Shown here piece by piece: positions 8,286 through 16,606 of a stretch of DNA of 59,649 nt. Origin of the DNA: Verrucomicrobiia bacterium (GTDB taxonomy: Bacteria > Verrucomicrobiota > Verrucomicrobiia > Chthoniobacterales > UBA6821); assembly GCA_026398175.1 (NCBI GenBank), contig JAPLTJ010000144.1, positions 1 to 59,649 of the forward strand. Reading direction: 5' to 3'. The notes below the pieces were generated by a model. The model saw nothing but the letters and a program-made list of their open reading frames with translations. It did no database searches and was not told the DNA's origin. How positions within the stretch are numbered: the first letter of the stretch is position 1; the number at the start of each line of letters is the position of its first letter. The position numbers and the translations under genes were made by a program.

Positions 8286-9404
8286 ATGTTCCTGACGCAT
8301 ATGAATATCTCCTCTTCCGCAAAACAAAAATCCGTTGCCCCTGATTTTAATGCCTACGAAAAATTTGCAGCAACTTCCTACGATGAAAGTAAAATCGTTG
8401 CAGCCGTTAATGGTCATAAGATTCAAATTGCAACAAGAGGTCCTGACGAAAAACTCTCTTCTTATATTCTAAAGAATGGCTTGAATTTTGAACTCTCAAA
8501 CGAAAAAAGCATCGCTGTTGTCGATCATTTTAAACAAGCCCTTCGTCTCAAGTATGGTGAAGAAGCTCGTGGTTCTTTTATGCCTGAACACGAACAAGAG
8601 GCCCTTAGTAAAGGGCTCAGTCAGCATATCATTAAAGAGGTCACCAAGAATGCAAGCCTGCGTAAATCGTTTGAACAAGTCCGGAGTTGTCGCACATCAC
8701 TATCGTTGGCTTTTGATCAATATAATACTCAAAAATCGAATCCTTATTCCACCGCCGCTGAAAGAGCCGAGACTGAGCTGAAACTTGCCCAACTCATGCT
8801 CGGCCATCAAGAACTTGTTGCTGATTTTAAGCTTGCAGCAAAAGAGAACCCTGATCAAGCGCGCGCTGGAAGTATGCTGCAAAATCTGTGTCTTGTTGCG
8901 GGAGAAAAAGAGTCGATTCAAGCTGCTAATACATTTATTCAAGCGGCTGAACACTTCATTGAAGCAGCAGGTCAAGCAATGGATAACCTCGATTCTCGTA
9001 GCAGCATTAGTAAAAAACATGCAATTGCAGAACAACATCTTCAGAAAGCTGAAACAGTTTTAGCCAATCTTCAAAATTCTCTTTTGAACGTTGCGGCAAA
9101 GAATCCTACTATAAAAAACCACCATATCGAAACTCTTGAGCAGATTCGTCAAATTCGTTATGATATTAAGAACAAAGAAAATAGCATGCTCCTCCCTCCT
9201 CTGAAGAAACCGGCACTAAGCCTCACTATTTCAAGCGCAGCCTCTGAAAGTGATGCTTCTAAAATAACTCAAGAGAAATTAAAGCTATCTCATGATGCGG
9301 TCTTTGCTAAACTAGATACTGCCCAACAAGAAAAAAAAACGCCAGCACCTACAGCCCCTAAAAAAGAACCTCCTGCAGCTGGCGGCGCTCGTTTTCGCTT
9401 TTAA
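8286..9404 (+). CDS. hypothetical coiled-coil protein, member of a window-internal paralog family
   Basis: Shares the module F-x-x-AL-x-x-KYGEE...Q-x-EALSKGL with ORF 47106; Pro/Lys-rich C-terminus; alternative start 8301. Confidence 0.6.
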   Translation: MFLTHMNISSSAKQKSVAPDFNAYEKFAATSYDESKIVAAVNGHKIQIATRGPDEKLSSYILKNGLNFELSNEKSIAVVDHFKQALRLKYGEEARGSFMPEHEQEALSKGLSQHIIKEVTKNASLRKSFEQVRSCRTSLSLAFDQYNTQKSNPYSTAAERAETELKLAQLMLGHQELVADFKLAAKENPDQARAGSMLQNLCLVAGEKESIQAANTFIQAAEHFIEAAGQAMDNLDSRSSISKKHAIAEQHLQKAETVLANLQNSLLNVAAKNPTIKNHHIETLEQIRQIRYDIKNKENSMLLPPLKKPALSLTISSAASESDASKITQEKLKLSHDAVFAKLDTAQQEKKTPAPTAPKKEPPAAGGARFRF

Positions 9405-9420
9405 AAATTAAATTTAATCC

Positions 9421-9612
9421 AATCGCTGTAAGTCATTACGGAACGCTTCATCACAGCTCGACTCACAGCAGCCAAGGCGTGCTTTCTAATTTGACAAAAT
9501 TTCCAATCCGGAGGATGCAATCCTAGACGAAGCAAGGGCCACTGCTGTTGCTCTGCTCGTCGAAATAAAAATTCATTCCAAATGAGACTGACTTGCCGAC
9601 GCCACGCGGAGC
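9421..9612. repeat. 192-bp direct repeat, copy 1 (gene fragment)
   Basis: 190/192 identical to 11121-11312; corresponds to the C-terminal ~64 codons of the DUF2334 gene but has no start codon. Confidence 0.95.
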
Positions 9613-9720
9613 TAAAAAAAGTGGGAGGCGTGTTTCACAAAATGACGGTTCTATTATTTCTTGAAACAGCTTGACAATGAACGCGAAATAATTTTTCAAT
9701 TTCCTGAAACCATAAAAACC

Positions 9721-10476
9721 ATGAAGACTTTTTTGCTTTCTTGTAGCTCAGGACTTATTTTATTTTCCAATCAGCTCATTGCTTACAATAGTATTCCGGA
9801 ATATAGCTCTGAGTCTCTAGTTGCTTATTCAAGCATTGCTTCCTATCCCGCTAGCAATGATACGATCAATAAGGAAAGGGAGTCATCTGAATATCAAAAC
9901 TCCGGTTCCAGCACGGATTTCGAAGCTGGTGATGAAAATCAGGGACTAAACGAACAGTCTTGTGAACTTGGGGAAGGATCGCCGGTCATGATGGCTAGTG
10001 GGCCACTAACATATAACGGCCAAATCAAACTTGATGATGATGGAACAGGTCCTTCTCATAATGATCAACACCACAATAACAACACATCATTTCATAATGC
10101 AAATGGGCAAAGCCTCAATGCTGATGTTGACTCCTATGTTGTTGCTCCTGGATGGCTGCTCAGTCAAGGTGTTAAACCAGGAAACAGAGCAGATGTAACT
10201 GTCTATTTTTATACCTATTCTTGGTACATGAGCGGCGGCAGACCCATTATCATTTCCTCCACTCAACATACGAAATCTATATCATCAATTGTAGGAGATG
10301 TTGGACCTACAGAAGATAGTGTTGGAGAAATTTCTATCAAAGCTGCTCAGGACCTCGGATTAGGCATTAAAGAACGAAGTGGCGGACTAGGACCTGTTCC
10401 TACAGACCCTTCTGATCAATTCAATCCCAATCGAGATATCTCTGCGACAGTTACCTACTACCCTTCCGGATCTTAA
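9721..10476 (+). CDS. secreted protein with weak resemblance to GH75 chitosanase / barwin-like hydrolases (tentative)
   Basis: Signal peptide MKTFLLSCSSGLILFSNQLIA. LDDDGTG...LNADVDSYVVAP...GDVGPTEDSVGEISIKAAQDLG resembles the DxDCDG...YvV.P...GD.G....GE.S pattern. ATG 9721 preferred over TTG 9661. Confidence 0.55.
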   Translation: MKTFLLSCSSGLILFSNQLIAYNSIPEYSSESLVAYSSIASYPASNDTINKERESSEYQNSGSSTDFEAGDENQGLNEQSCELGEGSPVMMASGPLTYNGQIKLDDDGTGPSHNDQHHNNNTSFHNANGQSLNADVDSYVVAPGWLLSQGVKPGNRADVTVYFYTYSWYMSGGRPIIISSTQHTKSISSIVGDVGPTEDSVGEISIKAAQDLGLGIKERSGGLGPVPTDPSDQFNPNRDISATVTYYPSGS

Positions 10477-10478
10477 AA

Positions 10479-11093
10479 ATGAATTTTCTGCGTTTCTTTT
10501 TAACTTTATTATTCTTAAGTCGTCTGGCATATAGCCAACAGCCCGCTCCCTATGAGCGCCATGAAGAATATCCATCACCAGACAAACAATATGTTGCTAA
10601 ATTGGTTATCAGAAATACAGAGACAATTTTAACGATTCAAAATCACTTAACCTCTAAAGATGATTTTTTAAAATCTCTTGTTCCTTGCGTACAAAATATT
10701 AAATGGACGCCTGATTCAAAATCATTATTTATCGTTTCTCATTTATCAGGAGGATCAATGGCCACCATTGTTCATTTCCAAAATGATGACTGGAGAGCTT
10801 ATGATAACAGTCCTCCTATACAAGGACCATCTTACTACTTTGTTGCAGGCGTTCACTTTTTTAAAAAATTTGCTAGGTTAATTTACGGAGTTTATCCTTC
10901 CAGGGGCAGCCCCTTCAATGAACAAAAAATGTGCATCTTTGATGTGGATTGGGATACCGGCTCTTCAAAATTAGTTAGCTTGAAATTTCCTTCGGAACAA
11001 GACCTCGATCAATTAACTAAAAAGGAAAAAAGAAAATGGGAAATGTGGGAGAACGGTACAGCTAACACGGAAATAAAAACAATTTATTTTTGA
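10479..11093 (+). CDS. secreted hypothetical protein, translationally coupled to 9721..10476
   Basis: ATG 2 nt after the upstream stop; N-terminal signal peptide MNFLRFFLTLLFLSRLAYS. Confidence 0.55.
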   Translation: MNFLRFFLTLLFLSRLAYSQQPAPYERHEEYPSPDKQYVAKLVIRNTETILTIQNHLTSKDDFLKSLVPCVQNIKWTPDSKSLFIVSHLSGGSMATIVHFQNDDWRAYDNSPPIQGPSYYFVAGVHFFKKFARLIYGVYPSRGSPFNEQKMCIFDVDWDTGSSKLVSLKFPSEQDLDQLTKKEKRKWEMWENGTANTEIKTIYF

Positions 11094-11103
11094 TGTTCTC
11101 TCT

Positions 11104-11875
11104 TCATTGTTTCCTTACCCAATCGCTGTAAGTCATCACGGAACGCTTCATCACAGCTCGACTCACAGCACCCAAGGCGTGCTTTCTAATTTGACAAAAT
11201 TTCCAATCCGGAGGATGCAATCCTAGACGAAGCAAGGGCCACTGCTGTTGCTCTGCTCGTCGAAATAAAAATTCATTCCAAATGAGACTGACTTGCCGAC
11301 GCCACGCGGAGCGAGCTGACGCTATAAACCATACTTTGAGATTTAAAAAAAGCGGGAGCATCTTTTTTTAAATCAATGACTCCATGCAAGCGCGTCGTGT
11401 AGAAAAAACCTTCATCCGCGACGGCTCTCTCGGCTTCCTTGCTGAGCAGCCAGGCTGGCGCAATAAAGCCTGTCATCGCATTCAAATCAAATCCTGCTTT
11501 TTCAAATTCTTCTTTTCCTCTTTTTAATTTAGCTCGAGCCTCATCGTAACTCAGATCATAAAATTCCCCCTCGCCACGCGTGTAATGCTGCGTCATCCAG
11601 CGCGTCCAAAGCCTCTCGTGCGCGGCAGCAGGCCGCAAATGAGACCATCCATGAAGAACAATTTCATGTCCCTCTTTTTGCTTTTCTTGAAGCCATTCCA
11701 CGAAGGCAGGAGCCGTTGTTAGTAATTCCCTTTCGTGATAATGAGGAATGACCAATAGAGAACAACAAGAAATACCAGATTTTTTTAAATCATCCATCAT
11801 CTCCTGCACTATTGCTTGTGTGCTGGGAGTGACATCGTGAATGGAAACCACGAGGGCGGGCGACTGTATTTGCAT
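11104..11875 (-). pseudogene. DUF2334-type polysaccharide-deacetylase-like gene carrying a frameshift
   Basis: ORF 11273..11875 has SIHDVTP...HGWSH. The expected C-terminal part (SARSAWRR...LRLGLHPPDW) is in another frame, ORF 11104..11361. The frame switch is near 11315-11330. Confidence 0.6.
11121..11312. repeat. 192-bp direct repeat, copy 2 (within the 3' part of the DUF2334 pseudogene)
   Basis: See copy 1; mismatches only at 9439/11139 and 9475/11175. Confidence 0.95.
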
Positions 11876-11918
11876 TTCGATGGAATCTCCTGTAAAATAA
11901 AGAACCTAAATTAAACTA

Positions 11919-13982
11919 ATGTCCGATCAAAATCCATCTCTCAATAGCAATCTTCCTCCTCCACCAAAGCCATCAAGGGAAAACAAAGATCCTGATAACT
12001 CCATGAACTGGCGTGGGCTTATCTTTATCGTGATTGCACTTGGCCTGATTGCTGGGGCTTTTTTCTTCCGCGGAAATAATTTTATTCCCTCTGAAGAAAT
12101 TCCTCTTCCCAAATTTGAGTCTCTCCTCAAAGACGGAAAAATTATTTCCACCACGGACAAGCCGCTAGAACTTTTAGTTGAAGAGGGAAAAAACACACAG
12201 TCACTCAGCGGTTTCTATCGGAAAAAAGCAGCGACCGGCGCGGAAGAGATTGCGACACCTTTTAAAACAACCGTCTACATGCCATTCAACGGCACCACGC
12301 TTGAAAAGGAGCTCTTAGCAGCCGGCATCACGCCAACTCCCCGCGCTGAGTCAAATGCCTTCCTCTCCGCGGTGATGAGCTTTCTTCCAATTGTTCTCTT
12401 CCTTCTAGTCCTCTATTTCTTTTTCCGCTCTCAAATCAAAATGGCCGGCAAGAGCGCCATGGGCTTTGGAAAAAGCAAAGCGAAGATGTTAGCTCGTGAA
12501 AAAAATAAAATTACTTTTAAAGATGTCGCTGGCGTAGAAGAAGCTAAGGATGAAGTTCAAGAGCTGGTTGAGTTTTTAAAAGATCCAAAGCGTTTCCAAA
12601 AATTAGGCGGCCGCATTCCTAAAGGTGTCCTCATGATCGGCGCTCCAGGCACTGGAAAAACCTTGCTGGCCCGCGCCATTGCAGGAGAGGCCGATGTTCC
12701 TTTCTTCAACATTAGCGGTTCTGACTTTGTGGAAATGTTTGTGGGTGTTGGAGCCTCTCGTGTTCGCGATATGTTTGAACAAGGACGCAAATCGGCTCCC
12801 TGCCTCATTTTCATTGACGAGATCGATGCCGTCGGTCGTCACCGCGGTCATGGAATGGGTGGTGGTCATGATGAACGTGAGCAGACCCTCAACCAACTCT
12901 TGGTTGAGATGGATGGTTTTGATGCGCAAGAGGGAGTGATCATTATTGCTGCAACGAATCGCCCTGACGTCCTTGATCCGGCGCTCTTGCGCCCAGGCCG
13001 TTTTGATCGCCAAGTCACGATCAACCTTCCCGATGTCAAGGGCCGCGAAGAAATTTTGAAAGTCCATGCGAAAAAAATAAAACTAGCTGATAGCGTTGAT
13101 CTTTCCCGCATTGCTCGCGGCACCCCTGGCTACTCAGGAGCAGAATTGGCCAATGTGCTCAACGAAGCCGCTCTCATGGCAGCACGCAAAGGCCTCAAAG
13201 CGATCATGCAATTTGAATTAGAAGAAGCTCGCGATAAAGTTCGCTGGGGCAAAGAACGCCGCAGCATGGCGATGACAGAAAAAGAAAAAATGTCCACAGC
13301 CTGGCACGAAGCGGGGCATGCGCTACTCAACGTTGTTCTCGAACACACGCATCCACTGCACAAAGTCACCATCATTCCTCGCGGTCAATATTTGGGAGCT
13401 ACGATGTACCTTCCAGAAAACGATCAATATTCCACCCAGCGCAAAGAGGCTCTGGATGGGCTTGTCATGACGATGGGAGGTCGTATCGCTGAAGAGATGT
13501 TCACCGATGACGTTTCCAACGGCGCTGCTGGCGATATCGCACAAGCAACGAAGATGGCTCGGAAGATGGTTTGTGAATGGGGAATGAGCAGCCTCGGCAT
13601 GATTCGTTTTACCGAAGAGAGCGATTATATGTTCTTGGGCCGTGAAGTCTCTGGCAAGCGCGAGTACAGCGAATCAACAGCTCAAACAATCGATTCCGAA
13701 GTAAAACGCATCATCGATGAAGCTTACGCACGTGCTCAAAAAATCCTCGATGAAAAGCGAGACAAAGTCGCCCTCATTGCACAAGCCTTGTTGGAGTTTG
13801 AAACCTTGGAGGGAGCTCAAGTCGAAGATCTCATCAACCTCGGCCACATGAAAAATCCTCCCGTTATCGAGCAGAAGCCCCCGCCACTTCCGCCAGCTCC
13901 AACAGTGGTGACTGCGGAAGCATCAAAGCCAATACTTCCAGAGTTCCCGACCGGGGGTCTTGCAGCTCCGGTACCAGCGTAA
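11919..13982 (+). CDS. ftsH: ATP-dependent zinc metalloprotease FtsH
   Basis: Walker [12 protein letters not shown] region, HEAGHA zinc site, two N-terminal TM segments. Confidence 0.97.
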   Translation: MSDQNPSLNSNLPPPPKPSRENKDPDNSMNWRGLIFIVIALGLIAGAFFFRGNNFIPSEEIPLPKFESLLKDGKIISTTDKPLELLVEEGKNTQSLSGFYRKKAATGAEEIATPFKTTVYMPFNGTTLEKELLAAGITPTPRAESNAFLSAVMSFLPIVLFLLVLYFFFRSQIKMAGKSAMGFGKSKAKMLAREKNKITFKDVAGVEEAKDEVQELVEFLKDPKRFQKLGGRIPKGVLMIGAPGTGKTLLARAIAGEADVPFFNISGSDFVEMFVGVGASRVRDMFEQGRKSAPCLIFIDEIDAVGRHRGHGMGGGHDEREQTLNQLLVEMDGFDAQEGVIIIAATNRPDVLDPALLRPGRFDRQVTINLPDVKGREEILKVHAKKIKLADSVDLSRIARGTPGYSGAELANVLNEAALMAARKGLKAIMQFELEEARDKVRWGKERRSMAMTEKEKMSTAWHEAGHALLNVVLEHTHPLHKVTIIPRGQYLGATMYLPENDQYSTQRKEALDGLVMTMGGRIAEEMFTDDVSNGAAGDIAQATKMARKMVCEWGMSSLGMIRFTEESDYMFLGREVSGKREYSESTAQTIDSEVKRIIDEAYARAQKILDEKRDKVALIAQALLEFETLEGAQVEDLINLGHMKNPPVIEQKPPPLPPAPTVVTAEASKPILPEFPTGGLAAPVPA

Positions 13983-13999
13983 CAGGTTACAGGTTGCAG
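13983..13999 (-). repeat. heptamer array H5 (type I, 2.5 units)
   Basis: CAGGTTA CAGGTTG CAG begins immediately after ftsH TAA. Confidence 0.7.
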
Positions 14000-14009
14000 A
14001 AAAAAAGAT

Positions 14010-14066
14010 GGTTTCATAGATTTTTAAAAGCACGGTTTCATAGGTAACTCAGAGCACGGTTTCATA
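14010..14066 (+). promoter_or_regulatory. three direct GGTTTCATA boxes at exact 24-bp spacing upstream of the LolA-like gene
   Basis: 14010-14018, 14034-14042, 14058-14066; the last two extend to GCACGGTTTCATA; the last box ends 9 nt before ATG 14076. Confidence 0.4.
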
Positions 14067-14075
14067 TTTTTTTAG

Positions 14076-14771
14076 ATGTTCTTTTCGGCCACTCGTTACT
14101 CGTTACTCGTTACCCTTTACTCGCTGGCGATGCTCTGCACCGCCAGCGCTGAACCCTCTGCGGAAGACCTCCTCCGCGAGGCACGGCTTCGTCCGCCCAC
14201 TCATCCCATCACGCTTGCTGCAGAAATTCGTGGAGCGGAAGAACCGCTTCCGCTGACATTCAAAATTGGAAAAGGCCAGATTGAATATCAACTTCACGAT
14301 CCCGAAGAGACGATTGTTTTAAAATTGGGAACGACAAATTCTTCTCTCAGCGAAACAAAAAAAGGTATCACCAAGCTCGTTACTCAAGAAAAGCGATATC
14401 AAGAAATTCGCAACACTGGAGTGACCTACGACGATCTCTCGCTCGGTTTTCTTTATTGGCCTCATCCTCGCTTAGCTGGCACTCAGCAACTCCGTGGCAC
14501 CAAGGCTTCCATCATCGAGTTAATTCCACCCGCTGATGATCTTGGCCCCTACGGCTCGGCCCGCATCTGGATTGATCAAGCAAGTGGCGCTCCGCTGCGC
14601 ATGGAAGGTTTTGATAAAAATGGAAATCTTTTAAAACGCTTTGAAGTCATTTCCGCTCAAAAAATCGATGGCATCTGGACCCTCAAAGAAATGCGCATCG
14701 AAACCTTTAATTCCACAACCCACGCTGTCACTCAGCGGCGTTATCTCACGATTCATCGAGATAGTAAATAA
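14076..14771 (+). CDS. LolA-like outer-membrane lipoprotein-sorting protein (tentative)
   Basis: Signal peptide plus C-terminal RIWIDQASGAPLRMEGFDKNGNLLKRFEV...DGIWTLKEMRIE pattern seen in LolA_like proteins; residues 6-17 are encoded by a heptamer array. Confidence 0.55.
   Translation: MFFSATRYSLLVTLYSLAMLCTASAEPSAEDLLREARLRPPTHPITLAAEIRGAEEPLPLTFKIGKGQIEYQLHDPEETIVLKLGTTNSSLSETKKGITKLVTQEKRYQEIRNTGVTYDDLSLGFLYWPHPRLAGTQQLRGTKASIIELIPPADDLGPYGSARIWIDQASGAPLRMEGFDKNGNLLKRFEVISAQKIDGIWTLKEMRIETFNSTTHAVTQRRYLTIHRDSK
14091..14125 (+). repeat. heptamer array H6 (type II, 5 units) inside a coding region
   Basis: ACTCGTT x3 ACCCTTT ACTCGCT, translated as TRYSLLVTLYSL in the signal peptide of ORF 14076. 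Confidence 0.9.
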
Positions 14772-15117
14772 GTTTAGTTTGGTTTCGTGCCGTTTTTTAT
14801 AAAATTTAGCCCCGATTTTTGGAGTGCCATTGAGAAAAACGCACTACAATGACCGCTATGACCTTTCTATTGAGGGAGGTGCTATGATCCATCTCGGAAA
14901 ACGGCCCTGGCCATTTTTATAAAAAGATGCTCGCTGACAGCAAGTTACAACTTGTTTATCAAATTTTTCAGCAATAGGTTTGGAGTGTTTTCTCTGTAGA
15001 AATTACTCCAATAAACCTACTCCACGGCTAAAGTAGCCAAACTAGGGTTGATTTTACGATAATTTAGTTAAAAATGGACGGGCATCTTCTTTTCCTGAAA
15101 GGACTCCTTCGCTGTTT

Positions 15118-15160
15118 TTCTTTTGTGCTCTTTGCGTTCTTTTGTGGCTATTTTCTTTCT
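15118..15160. repeat. family C, solo half-copy C3
   Basis: CTTTGCGTTCTTTTGTGGCTATTTTCTTTCTTCC matches the right half of C2; abuts the lolC/E stop. Confidence 0.55.
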
Positions 15161-15162
15161 TC

Positions 15163-16440
15163 CTACTCACACCTCAAGGCCTTCACAGGGTCCATCCGCG
15201 AGGCCAGCCATGCTGGGATCAAGGCTGCAACGGAGCAGATGACAAAGGCGCTAATGCAGATCAAGGCAACATCACTCGTCACGACCTCGGCAGGGATTTG
15301 AGAAAATTGATAGACGGAGCGTGGAAAAATGTCGATTCCCAAGATTGAAGAGAGAGCATTACTCACTTCATTGCGCCAGCGGATCAGCGTCATCCCAAGC
15401 GCAAGCCCCGTGACGACACCAATAAAACCAACGACCATTCCTTGGACTAGAAAGATTCCGATGATTTGAGAGGTGCGAGCCCCAAGCGCCTTGAGAATGC
15501 CGATCTCACGCGTTTTCTGAACGGTCACCGTGATGAGCGTGTTCATAATTCCAAAAGCTGCGACTAAAATAATAAACATCAGCAAAAAAAACATCACGTG
15601 CCGCTCCATCGCAATCGCGTCAAAGAGTTGTTTGTTGGCGTCCATCCAAGTTGATACCGAAAAATCCTCAGGCAATTTCTGCCGAAGAGTCTGCTGCACG
15701 AGCGCAGCACGATCAGCATCATTCGTCCAGACAGCCATTCCATGAATGTTATCACCCAAGCCGTAGAGCTCTTGCCCGATGTGCAAGGGAACCAGCACGT
15801 ATTCACTATCGTATTGATAACGTCCCGTCTCAAAAATACCAGCGACCGTCAACTCGGTGGGCAAAACTAATTGTCGCAGCAAGTCGACATTAGCTTTTTC
15901 TTTGCCATTTTTCACGCGATCGAGCTCTTCGAGAATTTGATTCACATTGCGTGAAGAATAAATCGTAATTCGATCGCCGACTTGCAATCCCAGCAGGGAA
16001 GCCATTTCGGAGCCGATGAGAGCCGTATCCCCGCTCAAATCAAATGTTCCTTCTTTGATAAATTTTTTGAGGTTGGATTCTTTTTCAGCATCAATCCCAC
16101 GCATGATTGGAGTGATGCGGCGATGCTGAAACTCTAGAATGACGGGGCCTTGAACAAAAGGAGCAACCTTCTTAACTTCTGAAGTCGCTTCAATCGACTT
16201 GCTCAGTTTTTGCCAATGATCAAGGATCCCATCTTTGGAAATCGTAAGATGCGCATCGAAACCAATCACCTTGCGCTGCAGCTCGCGCTGGAATCCTGTC
16301 ATCACCGAAATCACTAAAATCAAAACCGTAATTCCTAACGTCACTCCCAACACCGAAACAAGCGTGATGACCGAAAGAAAAGCTCTTTTCGGTTTGAGGT
16401 AACGAGCAGCAAGAAAAAGGGAAGCGGACGGTCTGAACAT
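15163..16440 (-). CDS. lipoprotein-releasing ABC transporter permease (LolC/LolE family, FtsX domain)
   Basis: MFRPSASLFLAARYLKPKR... canonical LolC/E N-terminus at ATG 16440; the ORF-track extension to 16488 runs through a heptamer array. Confidence 0.85.
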   Translation of the reverse strand: MFRPSASLFLAARYLKPKRAFLSVITLVSVLGVTLGITVLILVISVMTGFQRELQRKVIGFDAHLTISKDGILDHWQKLSKSIEATSEVKKVAPFVQGPVILEFQHRRITPIMRGIDAEKESNLKKFIKEGTFDLSGDTALIGSEMASLLGLQVGDRITIYSSRNVNQILEELDRVKNGKEKANVDLLRQLVLPTELTVAGIFETGRYQYDSEYVLVPLHIGQELYGLGDNIHGMAVWTNDADRAALVQQTLRQKLPEDFSVSTWMDANKQLFDAIAMERHVMFFLLMFIILVAAFGIMNTLITVTVQKTREIGILKALGARTSQIIGIFLVQGMVVGFIGVVTGLALGMTLIRWRNEVSNALSSILGIDIFPRSVYQFSQIPAEVVTSDVALICISAFVICSVAALIPAWLASRMDPVKALRCE

Positions 16441-16475
16441 GAGTAATGAGTAACGGGTAACGAGTAACGGGTAAA
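16441..16475 (-). repeat. heptamer array H7 (type II, 5 units)
   Basis: Plus strand GAGTAAT GAGTAAC GGGTAAC GAGTAAC GGGTAAA; abuts the lolC/E ATG (16440). Confidence 0.9.
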
Positions 16476-16569
16476 ACCAAATTTTCAAAGATTAATTTTT
16501 GTTATTAAAAAATCTGAACATTTGCGTGAATAACAAGAAGATTATATCTATTTTATGTTAACCTCCGAA

Positions 16570-16604
16570 ACGCTTTACTCGTTACCCGTTACTCGTTACT
16601 TTTT
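16570..16604 (+). repeat. heptamer array H8 (type II, 5 units)
   Basis: ACGCTTT ACTCGTT ACCCGTT ACTCGTT ACTTTTT; ends 2 nt before ATG 16607; inverted relative to H7. Confidence 0.9.
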
Positions 16605-16606
16605 TC

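Noticed and set aside
8253-8287. Sigma-70 promoter TTGACA (8253-8258) plus TATAAT (8282-8287) upstream of gene 8286
   Set aside because: The spacer is 23 nt, too long for a functional -35/-10 pair, and the TATAAT overlaps the ATG. Other promoter guesses (41568, 44966, 59549) were equally weak and are not reported.
11927-14017. Nine ORFs of 66-154 aa inside or antisense to ftsH (e.g. 12603..13067, 12866..13123)
   Set aside because: They lie entirely within a strongly supported gene, have biased Arg/Ser-rich composition typical of antisense or off-frame translation, and have no motifs.
16441-16488. N-terminal extension of lolC/E (MKIWFYPLLVTRYSLL)
   Set aside because: It is simply heptamer array H7 translated. 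The canonical LolC/E N-terminus starts at ATG 16440.
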